The notes beneath the pieces were generated by a model that made no database searches, was not told the DNA's origin, and saw only the letters and a list, made by a program, of their open reading frames with translations. From contig OY970399.1 in assembly GCA_963720545.1 (NCBI GenBank), forward strand, positions 1,952,001 through 2,016,000: DNA of 64,000 nucleotides, in the 5' to 3' direction. Position numbers and translations under genes: made by a program. This document shows, in pieces, positions 9,391 through 19,484 of this stretch (positions are counted from its first letter, which is position 1; each line of letters opens with the position of its first letter). This DNA comes from an uncultured Acidobacteriota bacterium (GTDB taxonomy: Bacteria; Acidobacteriota; Vicinamibacteria; Fen-336).

Positions 9391-11018
9391 GCCGGAGCGG
9401 CAACGGCCGTTACGACGCGATCGTCGTTGGCGGCGGCCACAATGGCCTGACCGCTGCGGCCTACCTGGCACGCGCCGGCCAGAAGGTGCTGCTGCTCGAG
9501 CGGCGCGAGCTGCTCGGCGGCTGCTGCGTCACCGAGGAACTGGCGCCCGGCTGCCGCGCCTCGACCACGTCCTACATGGCGAGCATGCTGCGCCCGGAGG
9601 TGATCCGCGATCTGAAGCTCAAGGACCACGGCCTGCGCATGGTGCCGAGCGATCCGCTGGTGCAGGTGCCGTTCCTCGACGGCGACATCGTCTCGTGGTG
9701 GTCCGACCCGCAAAAACTCGACGCCGAGCTGCGCCGCCATTCGCCGCGCGACGCCGACACCTTCCGGCGCGTGGACGCGCAGCTGAAGCGGCTGGCGCGC
9801 TACCTTCAGCCGTTTTTCCTCGAGCCGCCCCCCGACGTGCACGCCACCGGCGTCGCGAGCATCGGCGAGCTGTTCCGCATCGGCGGGCGTTTCCGCAGGA
9901 TCACCGGCGACGAGATCGGCGAGATGGTCGGATTTCTCACCGGTTCGCTCGGCGACTTCCTCGACCGCCACTACGAGTCGGAAAAGATCAAGACGCTGGT
10001 GCTCGCCAACAACGTCTACGGCAAGCACGGCGGCCCCTACCAGCCGGGCACGGCGCTCGGCCTGCTCTTCCACCTGCTCTCCGGCGGCGACCACGAGGAA
10101 CAGGGCTTCATGGGCCACGTCATCGGCGGCATGGGCTCGATCACGCAGGCGATGGCGGCGGCCTGCCGGCAGCTGGGGGTCGAGCTGCGCACCGCCGCAC
10201 CGGTGGCGCGCATCGTGGTGAAGGACGGCGCTGCCTGCGGCGTGGCGCTCGAGAACGGCGACGGCTACGAGGCGCCGCTCGTGCTCTCGAACGCCGACCC
10301 GAAACGAACCTTCCTCGGCCTGGTCGAGAAGGCCGAGCTCAGCGACGCGTTCCGCGCCGCCATCGCGGGGATCAAGATGGAGGGCCCCTGCGCCAAGGTG
10401 AACCTGGTCCTCGACCGCGAGCCGGTGGTAACCGGGATGCCGAAGGACGCGGACGCGCTGCGGCGCGCGCTGTTCACGCTGGTGCCGTCGCTCGAGTTCG
10501 CCGACAAGTGCTACGACACGGCCAAGCGCGGCGAGATCCCCGAGGACCTGTGGGTCGACTGCGTGCTCGCTTCGGGCGTGGATCCGTCGCTGTGCCCGCC
10601 GGACCGTCACGTCATGACCTGCTTCGTCCAGTACGTGCCGTATCGCCTGAAGAGCGGCACCTGGGACGAGAACCGGGAGCTGCTCTACGAGCGGGTGATG
10701 AAGTCGATCGCACGCTGGGCGCCGGACGTTCCCGGCAGCGTCGTGGCGCGCCAGGTGCTGACGCCGCTCGACCTCGAGCGCACCTACGGAATCACCGAGG
10801 GCAACATCTTCCACGGCGACCTGAGCCTCGAGCAGCTGTTCTTCATGCGGCCGGTGCCCGGCTACGCCCAATACCGCACGCCGCTGCGCGGGCTTTATCT
10901 CTGCGGCGCCGGCGCCCATCCCGGAGGAGGCGTCACCGGCGCGCCCGGCTACAATGCGTCGCACCAGGCGTTGCGCGACCTCAAGAAACCGCCGAAGCGA
11001 AGACTGGAGAGGGCATGA
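9387..11018 (+). CDS. Phytoene dehydrogenase-like NAD(P)/FAD-dependent oxidoreductase (PYROXD2-like)
   Basis: DAIVVGGGHNGLTAAAYLA FAD motif; TPLDLE...EGNIFHG; YLCGAGAHPGGGVTGAPG; ATGA overlap with the upstream gene. Confidence 0.9.
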   Translation: MSRSGNGRYDAIVVGGGHNGLTAAAYLARAGQKVLLLERRELLGGCCVTEELAPGCRASTTSYMASMLRPEVIRDLKLKDHGLRMVPSDPLVQVPFLDGDIVSWWSDPQKLDAELRRHSPRDADTFRRVDAQLKRLARYLQPFFLEPPPDVHATGVASIGELFRIGGRFRRITGDEIGEMVGFLTGSLGDFLDRHYESEKIKTLVLANNVYGKHGGPYQPGTALGLLFHLLSGGDHEEQGFMGHVIGGMGSITQAMAAACRQLGVELRTAAPVARIVVKDGAACGVALENGDGYEAPLVLSNADPKRTFLGLVEKAELSDAFRAAIAGIKMEGPCAKVNLVLDREPVVTGMPKDADALRRALFTLVPSLEFADKCYDTAKRGEIPEDLWVDCVLASGVDPSLCPPDRHVMTCFVQYVPYRLKSGTWDENRELLYERVMKSIARWAPDVPGSVVARQVLTPLDLERTYGITEGNIFHGDLSLEQLFFMRPVPGYAQYRTPLRGLYLCGAGAHPGGGVTGAPGYNASHQALRDLKKPPKRRLERA

Positions 11019-12016
11019 CGAACGCGACGGGCAAGAGCAAGGCCAAGGGTATCCTCGAGCGCCTCCAGGACGGCGTCGTGCTCGGCGACGGCGGTTACCT
11101 CCTCGAGCTCGAAAAGCGCGGCTGGGTGCGCGCGGGCCCGTTCACTCCCGAAGTGGCGCTCACCCGCCCGCAGGCGCTCGAGGAACTGCACACCGAGTTC
11201 CGCCAGGCCGGAGCCGAGGTGTTGCAGGCGCTGACCTTCTACGCAAGCCGCGACAAGCTTGCGACCGTCGGCCTCGAGAACAGCCTCGCCGACCTGAACC
11301 GCGCGGCGGTGCGCACCGCGCGCAAGGTGGCCGGCGACGACTTGCTGGTGGCCGGCAACATCAGCCTCACGTGGATGTACGACGACGGCGGCGCCGCGGC
11401 GCGCGCGCGCGTGCTCGAGACCTTCGACGAGCAGCTCTCGGTGCAGGTGGCCGAGGGCGTCGACTTCGTCATCGGCGAGACCTACTCCTGGCTCGGCGAG
11501 GCGCTGCTGGCGGTCGAGGCCATCAAGAAGACCGGCCTGCCGGCGATGGTGACGCTGTCCTTCGAGAAGGAGCCGAAGACGAGCGAAGGCACGAGCCCGG
11601 GCGACGCCGCCAAGGCGCTCGTCGATGCCGGCGCCGACATCGTCGGCGTCAACTGCCTGCGCAGTCCCGAGCACACGCTGCCGATCGCGGCGGAAATGCG
11701 CAAGGCGGTGAAGGCGTACATCGCGACCCAGCCGGTCGCCTACCGCACCACCGACGCGCAGCCCGACTTCACCTCGATGCCGCAGTTCCCCACCGAGCTC
11801 GATCCGCTGCAGCTGAGCCGCGGCGAGATGGCGGCCTACGCGCGCCGCGCCCGCGACCTTGGCGTCAACTTCATCGGCGCCTGCTGCGGCGCGGTGCCCA
11901 CGCACATCCGCGAGATGGGCCGCGCGCTCGGCAAGGTCGGCCCCGACGACCGCACCTGGAAGCGCGGCGGACCCAAGCCGATGTCGGCCTACGAGTACTA
12001 CGACCACAAGGACTGA
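11015..12016 (+). CDS. Homocysteine S-methyltransferase family protein, BHMT-like
   Basis: KGILERLQDGVVLGDGGYLLELEKRGWVRAGPFTPE; Zn ligands GVNC and IGACCG; ATGA overlap. Confidence 0.9.
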   Translation: MTNATGKSKAKGILERLQDGVVLGDGGYLLELEKRGWVRAGPFTPEVALTRPQALEELHTEFRQAGAEVLQALTFYASRDKLATVGLENSLADLNRAAVRTARKVAGDDLLVAGNISLTWMYDDGGAAARARVLETFDEQLSVQVAEGVDFVIGETYSWLGEALLAVEAIKKTGLPAMVTLSFEKEPKTSEGTSPGDAAKALVDAGADIVGVNCLRSPEHTLPIAAEMRKAVKAYIATQPVAYRTTDAQPDFTSMPQFPTELDPLQLSRGEMAAYARRARDLGVNFIGACCGAVPTHIREMGRALGKVGPDDRTWKRGGPKPMSAYEYYDHKD

Positions 12017-12028
12017 GGCGGCTGACTC

Positions 12029-14098
12029 GTGCGCTTCCTGAGCGCCGCGCTCGCCGCTTTTTGCCTGCTCGCGAGCACCGGCTGCCGGGGCCGCGCGCCG
12101 CAGCAGCAGGCGGCAGCCCCCGCGCCCAAAGCGGAGATCCTGTGGGACCGCTACGGCGTGCCGCACATCTTCGCTGCCGATGCACCGTCGCTGTTTCACG
12201 CCTTCGGCTGGGCGCAAATGGAGGCGCACGGCGACCTGATCCTGCAGCTCTACGGCCGGGCCCGCGGCCGCGCCGCCGAGTACTGGGGTGCCTCTGAACT
12301 CGACTCGGACAAGCGAGTGCTGCGCGCCGGCGTGCCGGCACGCGCGCGCGAGTGGCTCGAACAGCAGACTCCCGACGCGCGCCAGAACCTCGAGGCGTTC
12401 GTCCGCGGCATGAACGACTACGCGCTCCAGCACGCCGCGAGCCTCGACGCGGCGCGCCGCGTGGTGCTGCCGGTAACGGCCAGCGACGTCCTCGCGCACA
12501 CGCAGCTCGTGCTCTACGTGGCTTTCGTGTCGGGCGGTGAGGAAGAGCGCGCCCGCGGCTCGAACGCGTGGGCGATCGCGCCGGCGCGCTCGGCCAGCGG
12601 CAGCGCCTTGCTGCTCGCCAACCCGCATCTGCCGTGGAGCGATTTCTTCACCTGGTTCGAGGCGCACCTGCAGGCGCCCGGCGTCAACGCCAGCGGCGCC
12701 GCGCTCGTCGGCCAGGACCTGCTCGGCATCGCCTTCAACGAGCACCTTGGCTGGACGCACACCGTCAACACCATCGACGCGGCCGACACGTATGAGTTGC
12801 AGGTGGTTGCCAAAGGGTATCGCTACGACGGCGCCGTGCGCCCGTTTGAGGTCGTGACCCACCAGATCCGCGTCAAGCTTCAGGACGGCACCTATCGCGA
12901 ACAGCCGTTCGTGGTCAAACGCTCGGTGCAGGGCGTCGTCTTCGACGAAAAGCCGGGACGCGCGCTGGCGCTGCGGATCGCCGGCCTCGACCAGCCGAAC
13001 CTGCCGGAGCAGTATTGGCGGATGCTGCGCGCCACCAACCTCACCGAGTTCGAGGCGGCGCTGCGCATGCTGCAGATGCCGATGTTCACGGTGATCTACG
13101 CCGATCGCGACGGCCACATCCTGCATCTCTTCGGCGGACGCACCCCGGTGCGCCCGGCCGGGCCCTGGGACTGGTCGGGCACCGTTCCCGGCGAAACCTC
13201 GGCCACGCTGTGGACCAAGACGCTTACGTACGACGAGCTCCCGCGGGTCGTCGATCCACCGACCGGCTGGCTGCAAAACGCCAACGACCCGCCGTGGACC
13301 ACGTCGTTCCCGGCAGTGCTCGACCCGAACCGCTTCCCGCCTTACGTTGCACCGCGCCACATGGGCTTCCGCCCGCAGCGTTCGGCCGGCATGCTCGCGA
13401 CCACGGACAAGATGACCTGGGACGACCTGCTGCGGAAGGGACAGGACACGCACATGGAGCTGGCCGACCGCATCCTCGACGATCTCGAGGCCGCGGTCGC
13501 CGCGCACGGCGATGCCGACGCGAAGCGCGCCATGGCGCTCTTGAACGCGTGGGACCGCACCGCCGACAGCGCCAGCCGCGGCGCGGTGCTGTTCGTAGAC
13601 TGGTACGGCAAGGCCGCGAAGCACGGCGAGCTGCCGTTCGCCGTGCAGTGGAGCGAAGCGAAGCCGCGCAGCACGCCCGACGGCCTTGCCGACCCGCGCG
13701 CGGCCGCGGCCGCCTTGAGCGCCGCCGCCAAAGAGGTCGAGAAAACATACGGCCGTCTCGATGTCGCCTGGGGCGATGCCTATCGGCTGCGCCGCGACGG
13801 CATCGACCTGCCGAGCAACGGCGCCGACGGCACCTACGGCGTCTTCCACGTCACCGACTACAGCGACGCCAAAGACGGCCGCCACGAAGCCGACGGCGGC
13901 AACAGTTACGTCGCCGCCGTCGAGTTCAAGACGCCGCTGCGCGCGCGCAGCCTGGTCGGCTACGGCAACTGGTCGCAGCCCGGGTCGAAGCACCGCACCG
14001 ACCAGCTCGAGCTCTACTCCCGCAAGGAGCTAAAGCCGGTCTGGCTGACACGCCCCGAAGTGGAAGCCAACCTGGAGCGCCGCGAGACCTTTCAGTAG
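12029..14098 (+). CDS. Penicillin acylase / cephalosporin acylase family Ntn-hydrolase, probable lipoprotein
   Basis: Lipobox-like LASTGC; WDRYGVPHI; beta-subunit start GSNAWAI; LLANPHLPW. Confidence 0.9.
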   Translation: MRFLSAALAAFCLLASTGCRGRAPQQQAAAPAPKAEILWDRYGVPHIFAADAPSLFHAFGWAQMEAHGDLILQLYGRARGRAAEYWGASELDSDKRVLRAGVPARAREWLEQQTPDARQNLEAFVRGMNDYALQHAASLDAARRVVLPVTASDVLAHTQLVLYVAFVSGGEEERARGSNAWAIAPARSASGSALLLANPHLPWSDFFTWFEAHLQAPGVNASGAALVGQDLLGIAFNEHLGWTHTVNTIDAADTYELQVVAKGYRYDGAVRPFEVVTHQIRVKLQDGTYREQPFVVKRSVQGVVFDEKPGRALALRIAGLDQPNLPEQYWRMLRATNLTEFEAALRMLQMPMFTVIYADRDGHILHLFGGRTPVRPAGPWDWSGTVPGETSATLWTKTLTYDELPRVVDPPTGWLQNANDPPWTTSFPAVLDPNRFPPYVAPRHMGFRPQRSAGMLATTDKMTWDDLLRKGQDTHMELADRILDDLEAAVAAHGDADAKRAMALLNAWDRTADSASRGAVLFVDWYGKAAKHGELPFAVQWSEAKPRSTPDGLADPRAAAAALSAAAKEVEKTYGRLDVAWGDAYRLRRDGIDLPSNGADGTYGVFHVTDYSDAKDGRHEADGGNSYVAAVEFKTPLRARSLVGYGNWSQPGSKHRTDQLELYSRKELKPVWLTRPEVEANLERRETFQ

Positions 14099-14119
14099 TC
14101 CGGGGCGCTCCCGGTTTCC

Positions 14120-14479
14120 CTACTTCTTCAACTCGACGAGAAACAGCGAGAACGGCTTGTCGCCGGTGTTCTCGGGCAGGTGCGACATCGCCGGTGTGTA
14201 CATGCTGGTGCCGGCCTTCGCCGGACGATCCTCGACCTTGCCGTCCGGCATCGTGAACTTGGTCGCCCCATCGGTGAGGAAGACGGCGACCGAGTTGGGA
14301 TGCGAATGCATCACCGACTTCTCGTGCGGACCGTAGGTGATGCTCAGGACGCGCACGTTCTCGTTCTCGAACTCGACCTTGTAGTGCTTGGCGTCAACCG
14401 CAACCGGGTCTTGCGCCATCGCGGGCGCAACCGCGCCAACGAACAGGATCGCCGGCACCAACATCAGAAGTCGTCGCAT
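14120..14479 (-). CDS. Small exported cupin-fold protein
   Basis: Signal peptide ending AMA-Q; DPVAVDAKHYKVEFENENVRVL; MHSHP...HLPEN cupin His motifs. Confidence 0.8.
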   Translation of the reverse strand: MRRLLMLVPAILFVGAVAPAMAQDPVAVDAKHYKVEFENENVRVLSITYGPHEKSVMHSHPNSVAVFLTDGATKFTMPDGKVEDRPAKAGTSMYTPAMSHLPENTGDKPFSLFLVELKK

Positions 14480-14661
14480 GGAAATTCCTTGTCTCAAACG
14501 TCGTGTCCCCTTTTTGTTCCGCCTCCCCGTCGCGTCGACGGCAGGCCCATCTCCTGGCCGCGGGCACAGTATCACGACCGCCGCGGGGGGCAGTTGCGGT
14601 GCCGCCGCTACGGACGTATCCTCCCGTTCCAACTTCCCCTTCGGAAAGCGGGTCACCCGGT

Positions 14662-15663
14662 ATGCGCGAGTTGGCCTTTCGGCTCTGCCTCGTGGCTGCG
14701 GCGCTGTTCTTCGGTTGCGTGGCCGGTGAAATGGTCGTGCGCGTGGCGCTGCGGCAGCCGGACACGGAGCGCTGGTTCGAAGTCGATCCTCGCTACGGCC
14801 ACGCCCTGAAACGCAACTTTCACCAGACGTACCGTTATCCCGGCGGCTTCGCCTATGAAGCGCGCACCAACTCCCTTGGCCTACGCATGGACCATGAAGT
14901 CGACGTCACCGATCGGACGCGCCGCGTCCTGCTCGTCGGCGATTCGTTCACGTTCGGCGAAGGGCTGGACGTCGAGCACAACTTCGCGAGCCTGCTGCAG
15001 GGCCGGTTCGATGCCGACGGCTCCGCGGTCGAGGTCATCAACGCCGGAGTCGGCGGCTGGGGCACGCTGCAGGAGGCGCAGTACGTGCGCGATCACCTGC
15101 GCGACTTCCGCCCGCGGGCCGTGGTGCTCACGTTCTGCGGCAACGACCCCGATGACGACGAGAAATTCCTGCAAAAAGCCGGCAACAACGCCTCTGGGAG
15201 CTTCTATTTTCCCGGCAAGATCTTCCTGCGCGAAAACTCCCAGCTCTACGCCTTCGTCTACGGCGTCCAGTTTCGGTTCCGCCACGCGCGGCAGCAGGCG
15301 CGCAAGCAGAAGGAGGATCCGCATCTCACCGTGGACCCGCAGTCTGCCACGCTGATTTCGGAAGCCCAATGGCAGCGTACGCTCGCCGAGATCCACCAAC
15401 TGGCGGTCGACTATGCCCGGTTCGAACCAAACGGCGTGCTGCTGGTGCAGGCCACCTATCCGACGATCGCGAGCTTCCGCGAGCACCTGCCGGCCGTAGC
15501 CCGCGACCAGAATGTCAGGTACGTCGACTTGTTCGCGGGCGCCCAGGCGCTCGGCAAGGATCACCTTCGGCTGCCGTACGACGGCCACTGGACGAAGGAG
15601 ATGCACCAGCTTTCGGCCGGTGCCCTGCACGATGCGCTGCGCGAGCACCTGGGACCGATCTGA
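14662..15663 (+). CDS. SGNH/GDSL hydrolase family protein
   Basis: N-terminal TM; TNSLGLR; VGDSFTFG; INAGVGGWG; CGND; DGHW. Confidence 0.85.
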   Translation: MRELAFRLCLVAAALFFGCVAGEMVVRVALRQPDTERWFEVDPRYGHALKRNFHQTYRYPGGFAYEARTNSLGLRMDHEVDVTDRTRRVLLVGDSFTFGEGLDVEHNFASLLQGRFDADGSAVEVINAGVGGWGTLQEAQYVRDHLRDFRPRAVVLTFCGNDPDDDEKFLQKAGNNASGSFYFPGKIFLRENSQLYAFVYGVQFRFRHARQQARKQKEDPHLTVDPQSATLISEAQWQRTLAEIHQLAVDYARFEPNGVLLVQATYPTIASFREHLPAVARDQNVRYVDLFAGAQALGKDHLRLPYDGHWTKEMHQLSAGALHDALREHLGPI

Positions 15664-15672
15664 CGCCGACCG

Positions 15673-17052
15673 TCACGCGGCCTTGCCGCGGCGGCCGAAC
15701 CAGTAGACGGCCGCACCCGCGGCCATGACCGCGGCGGTCGCGCCCATGAGCTTGGCGGCGGCGAGCACGCGATTGGCTTCGGTCTCGGGCGGGATCAGGC
15801 CGAGGACGATGGCGCCGAGCGTCGTCAGCAGGCCGACGGTGGCGCAGGCCACGACCGCCTTTGTGCCGCCTGGCAGCCTGAGCGCGTCCTCGGCCGGCGA
15901 CCGGGCGAGCCTGAGCGCCGAAGCGAACAGAAGCACGAACGGCACGAAGGTCACGATGATGGTGAGGCTCACGAGCACCTGGTACGCGCCGCCGATGGTG
16001 GTGCCGGCCTGGCCGAGGATCACGAACACCACTGTGATCAGCGCCTGCGTCATGAGCGCGACGTGCGGCGAGCCGTACTTTGGGTGCGCCTTGCCGAACG
16101 CTGCCGGGAGGTAGCGGTCGATGCCGGCGACGAACGGGATGCGCGCCACCGCCTCGAACCATGCGGCCAGGCTGCCGAGTGACGTGATAGTGATGAGGGC
16201 GGCGGCGATCGGTGCCAACCACGGCGCGCCGATGCCGTCGGCGCCAACGCGTATCGCCTGCATTATGCCCTGCAGTGCCGAGGTGTCGCCGCCCGGCACC
16301 GCCACCAGCATGCTCAGCGTTCCCGACATGTAGATGACGGCGATCATCGGCGCCGCCAGCAGCAGCGCGCGCGGCACGGTGCGGCGCGCGTTCTGGATCT
16401 CGTCGCCCATGAAGGATGCCGCCTCGGGGCCGGTCCAGGCGAACGCGATGGTCGAAAGCAGCAGCAGGTCGGCGAGCCGGAAGCTCGGCCACAGGTTGCT
16501 CCAGGTGAAGACAGTGGCCGAGCCGTTGCGCAGGAACGCCGCGATGCCGAGGCCAACGAGCAGCAAGGTCGCGAGCCAGCGTGTCACTCCGCCGATGTTG
16601 TTGAGCCACTTGCCGACGCTGAGGCCGAGGATGTTGAGGCCGGCGCCGAGGGCCAGGCCAAGGATCGAGACGGTGATGAAGTAGGCCTTGCTCTGCTGCA
16701 GGAACAACAACCGGTCGCCGAAGATGTAGAGCGCATTGCTGGCGATGAAGTAGAGGAGCCCCGGGAAGTACGGCAGGTTGCTGCACCAGTACATCCAGCC
16801 GGCGATGAAGCCGGCGCCATCGCCGAACGCGCGCTTGCTCCACGAGTAGAGCCCGCCTTCCTCCGGGAAGCGCGGCGCCAGGTGCAGCACGCAGTAGGAC
16901 AGTGGCAGGAACATGAGCAAAGCACCGAGGGTCCACAAGACGAGCGAGCTGGGACCGGCGGCGGCGGCGAACGCTATCCATTGGAGGTTGGTGCCGGTGG
17001 TGACGAAGAACAAGACCACGTCCCGCAGGCCCATGGCCTTCGGGAGGTTCAC
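15673..17052 (-). CDS. APC family amino acid permease
   Basis: About 12 hydrophobic helices; FPEEGGLYSW; AWTGPEAASFMGDEI; HPKYGSPHVAL. Confidence 0.9.
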   Translation of the reverse strand: MNLPKAMGLRDVVLFFVTTGTNLQWIAFAAAAGPSSLVLWTLGALLMFLPLSYCVLHLAPRFPEEGGLYSWSKRAFGDGAGFIAGWMYWCSNLPYFPGLLYFIASNALYIFGDRLLFLQQSKAYFITVSILGLALGAGLNILGLSVGKWLNNIGGVTRWLATLLLVGLGIAAFLRNGSATVFTWSNLWPSFRLADLLLLSTIAFAWTGPEAASFMGDEIQNARRTVPRALLLAAPMIAVIYMSGTLSMLVAVPGGDTSALQGIMQAIRVGADGIGAPWLAPIAAALITITSLGSLAAWFEAVARIPFVAGIDRYLPAAFGKAHPKYGSPHVALMTQALITVVFVILGQAGTTIGGAYQVLVSLTIIVTFVPFVLLFASALRLARSPAEDALRLPGGTKAVVACATVGLLTTLGAIVLGLIPPETEANRVLAAAKLMGATAAVMAAGAAVYWFGRRGKAA

Positions 17053-17144
17053 CGCTTCGCCGGTATGGCCGATCTCCTCCGTGCCCGCCTCCCGCGCCGC
17101 GAACTAGTGGCAGCCGGCGCCGGGCCACTCTACCGGAGTGACGA

Positions 17145-17639
17145 CTAGAGCTTTCGTGGCACCAGCTGGCCGGAAAAGCTCAACAGGCAAAAACGATTGT
17201 CGCCGGAGGCCGGGATCCCGGTCAGGTCGACGACGATCGCTGTGCCAGGATCGGCGTAGAGGCGCGTCAACCCCGAGACGAACACACTCGAAGCGCCGCT
17301 ATCCGGCTGGCCCCTGAACGTGTGTTCGACGGAGTTGCCGCCGGTCACGATCTGCAGGCCGACCGTCCTGCGGCCTGGCTGCTGGTCGTCGCTGCACGTT
17401 CCGCTCAGTTGTTCGATGACCAGGCGCTTGTTGCCCGGCACCTGGTACGTGGGCGGCGGCCCGAACGCCGCGCACTTCTGGGCGGCACCTTCGCCTTCGA
17501 AGGCGCAAATCGCGAAGGCCACCGGCCGCGCGTTCTCCTCGAGCCCGGCCGCCGGTTCGGCGGCGGCGACGGCAACAACACCCGCGGGTGCGGCACAGGC
17601 AACGAAAACGAACCATCGCAAGAGGCGTGCTGAGGGCAT
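17145..17639 (-). CDS. Hypothetical exported protein
   Basis: Signal-like N-terminus, YQVPGNKRLVIE segment, 4 Cys in the mature part, C-terminal SGQLV; fills the gap in a minus-strand gene run. Confidence 0.6.
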   Translation of the reverse strand: MPSARLLRWFVFVACAAPAGVVAVAAAEPAAGLEENARPVAFAICAFEGEGAAQKCAAFGPPPTYQVPGNKRLVIEQLSGTCSDDQQPGRRTVGLQIVTGGNSVEHTFRGQPDSGASSVFVSGLTRLYADPGTAIVVDLTGIPASGDNRFCLLSFSGQLVPRKL

Positions 17640-17704
17640 ATGAATTCTCCTGCCGCCGATCCTAGGTCGGCAGCGCGGCGCCGCCTCTTCACATTTTCGT
17701 CAGA

Positions 17705-18742
17705 TCAGCTGTTGTCGCCGTCCAGGATGTTGCCCAGGCCGCCGAGGATCGAGCCCTCCTCACGGCCGCCCTTGCCGAAGCCCGGCGCCGCCTTGATGAT
17801 GCGGCCGGCGAGGCGGCTGAGCGGCAGCGACTGCAGCCACACCTTGCCCGGACCGGTGAGGGTCGCGAAGAACAGGCCCTCGCCGCCAAAGATCGCGGTT
17901 TTGATCTTGCCGACGAACTGGATGTCGTAATTCACCGACGGCAGCAGCGCCACGATGCAGCCGGTGTCAACGCGCAGCGTTTCGCCCGCGCGCAATTCCA
18001 CTTCCTGGATGCTGCCGCCGGCGTGCACGAAGCACAGCCCGTCGCCGCTGAGCCGCTGCATGATGAAGCCTTCGCCGCCGAACAGTCCCACGCCGAGGCG
18101 CTTCTGGAAGGCGATCGAGATCGACACACCCTTGGCCGCGCACAGGAACGAGTCTTTCTGGCAGATGATCTCGCCGCCGATTCCCTGCAGGTCGAGCGGG
18201 ATGATCTTGCCCGCGTACGGCGCTGCGAACGCGACGCGCTCGCGGCCGGACGAGCCGGCATGGCCGAACACGGTCATGAACAGGCTCTCACCGGTGAGGA
18301 TGCGCTTGCCGGCGCTGAGCAGCGCGTCGGCGATGCCGCCACGGGGCCGCGAGCCGTCGCCGAAGATCGTCTCCATCTGGATGCCCTGGGTCATGTACAT
18401 CATCGTGCCAGCTTCGGCCACGGCGCTCTCACCCGGGTCGAGCGTCACCTCGACGAACTGCATGTCGTTGCCGCGAATCTCGTAGTCGATCTCATGGGCG
18501 GAGCGCGAGCCGGCGATGGTGGCGGCGCCGACGGCGGAGCGCGGCGGCTGCGGCTGCGAAACGCTACCGAGGTGCGCGCGTAGTTCGCTGACGTCGCGCA
18601 ATGCGACCCAGTCCTTCATGCCGGTGGCGAACACCAGCGTCGACGGATCGACGCTGCCGTTCCTGATGTTGGCGACGATGTCGTCCTCGCCCACCGGGCC
18701 AACCTGCTGGCCGCCGATCGCCATGTACCACTGCTTGCTCAT
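17705..18742 (-). CDS. TIGR00266/AIM24 family protein with N-terminal GYF_2 (DUF4339) domain
   Basis: [12 protein letters not shown]...[48 protein letters not shown]. Confidence 0.9.
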   Translation of the reverse strand: MSKQWYMAIGGQQVGPVGEDDIVANIRNGSVDPSTLVFATGMKDWVALRDVSELRAHLGSVSQPQPPRSAVGAATIAGSRSAHEIDYEIRGNDMQFVEVTLDPGESAVAEAGTMMYMTQGIQMETIFGDGSRPRGGIADALLSAGKRILTGESLFMTVFGHAGSSGRERVAFAAPYAGKIIPLDLQGIGGEIICQKDSFLCAAKGVSISIAFQKRLGVGLFGGEGFIMQRLSGDGLCFVHAGGSIQEVELRAGETLRVDTGCIVALLPSVNYDIQFVGKIKTAIFGGEGLFFATLTGPGKVWLQSLPLSRLAGRIIKAAPGFGKGGREEGSILGGLGNILDGDNS

Positions 18743-19386
18743 TGCTTCTTCTCCTCCTGGGCGCTGTCGATGGTGGCGGCCGCCTGCGCTTCGATGCGCG
18801 CGACGTCTTCCTGCGCGAGGCCAAGCGAATGCGCGAGCTGCGCGAGGTAGATGCGCTCGGCGCCGCTGACGCCTTCGTCGGCGCGCACTATGGCAAACGC
18901 GAGACGGTACAGCTCGGCCTTGGCCGCGGGGTCGGAGACACCGGCGACGATCTGCGCCAGCGGGCGCGGCGCGGCAATCTCGGCTTCGACCACCGACCCG
19001 ACTCCAGCCTTGGCGGCTTCGGCGATGATTGCTGCGCGCTCTTCCGCATGCAGCTCGCCGTCGGCGCGCGCGGCCGACACCATGAGGCGCACGAGACGCA
19101 CGACGCCGTCGCCGGCGTCCGCGGGAGCAGCCGGCGACGACGCAGGCCCGGCCGGTACCGGCGGCACGGCGCCGCCGGTCGCGGCAGGCCCGCCGACGCC
19201 GGCGGGACCCTGTTTGCTCTTCCAGGTTTCGTAGACACCCCAGGCGACTCCGGCCATGGTGAGGAGCGTCTGCGGGTTGGCGAGAGCGCCACGCGTCATC
19301 GCCCCCATCGTCCGGCGCGAACGCTTGCGGCTGCGGCCGCCGAGGGCGCCGCGCAGCACGGTTCCGAGTATGTCCGCTGGATCCAT
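18739..19386 (-). CDS. DUF533 / TerB-like membrane-associated protein
   Basis: [50 protein letters not shown] upstream of ATG. Confidence 0.8.
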   Translation of the reverse strand: MDPADILGTVLRGALGGRSRKRSRRTMGAMTRGALANPQTLLTMAGVAWGVYETWKSKQGPAGVGGPAATGGAVPPVPAGPASSPAAPADAGDGVVRLVRLMVSAARADGELHAEERAAIIAEAAKAGVGSVVEAEIAAPRPLAQIVAGVSDPAAKAELYRLAFAIVRADEGVSGAERIYLAQLAHSLGLAQEDVARIEAQAAATIDSAQEEKKQ

Positions 19387-19484
19387 GTTCCTCCGGGGTT
19401 CAACTAGCAATGTACGTCATCCGGCGCCGTAAGTTCAGCTAGACTTCGCCTTCTTCACCCACGGATTCATCTCGGAGGCGTTTC

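Noticed and set aside
10949..13993. 1014-aa minus-strand ORF
   Set aside because: Antisense to the well-supported methyltransferase and acylase genes
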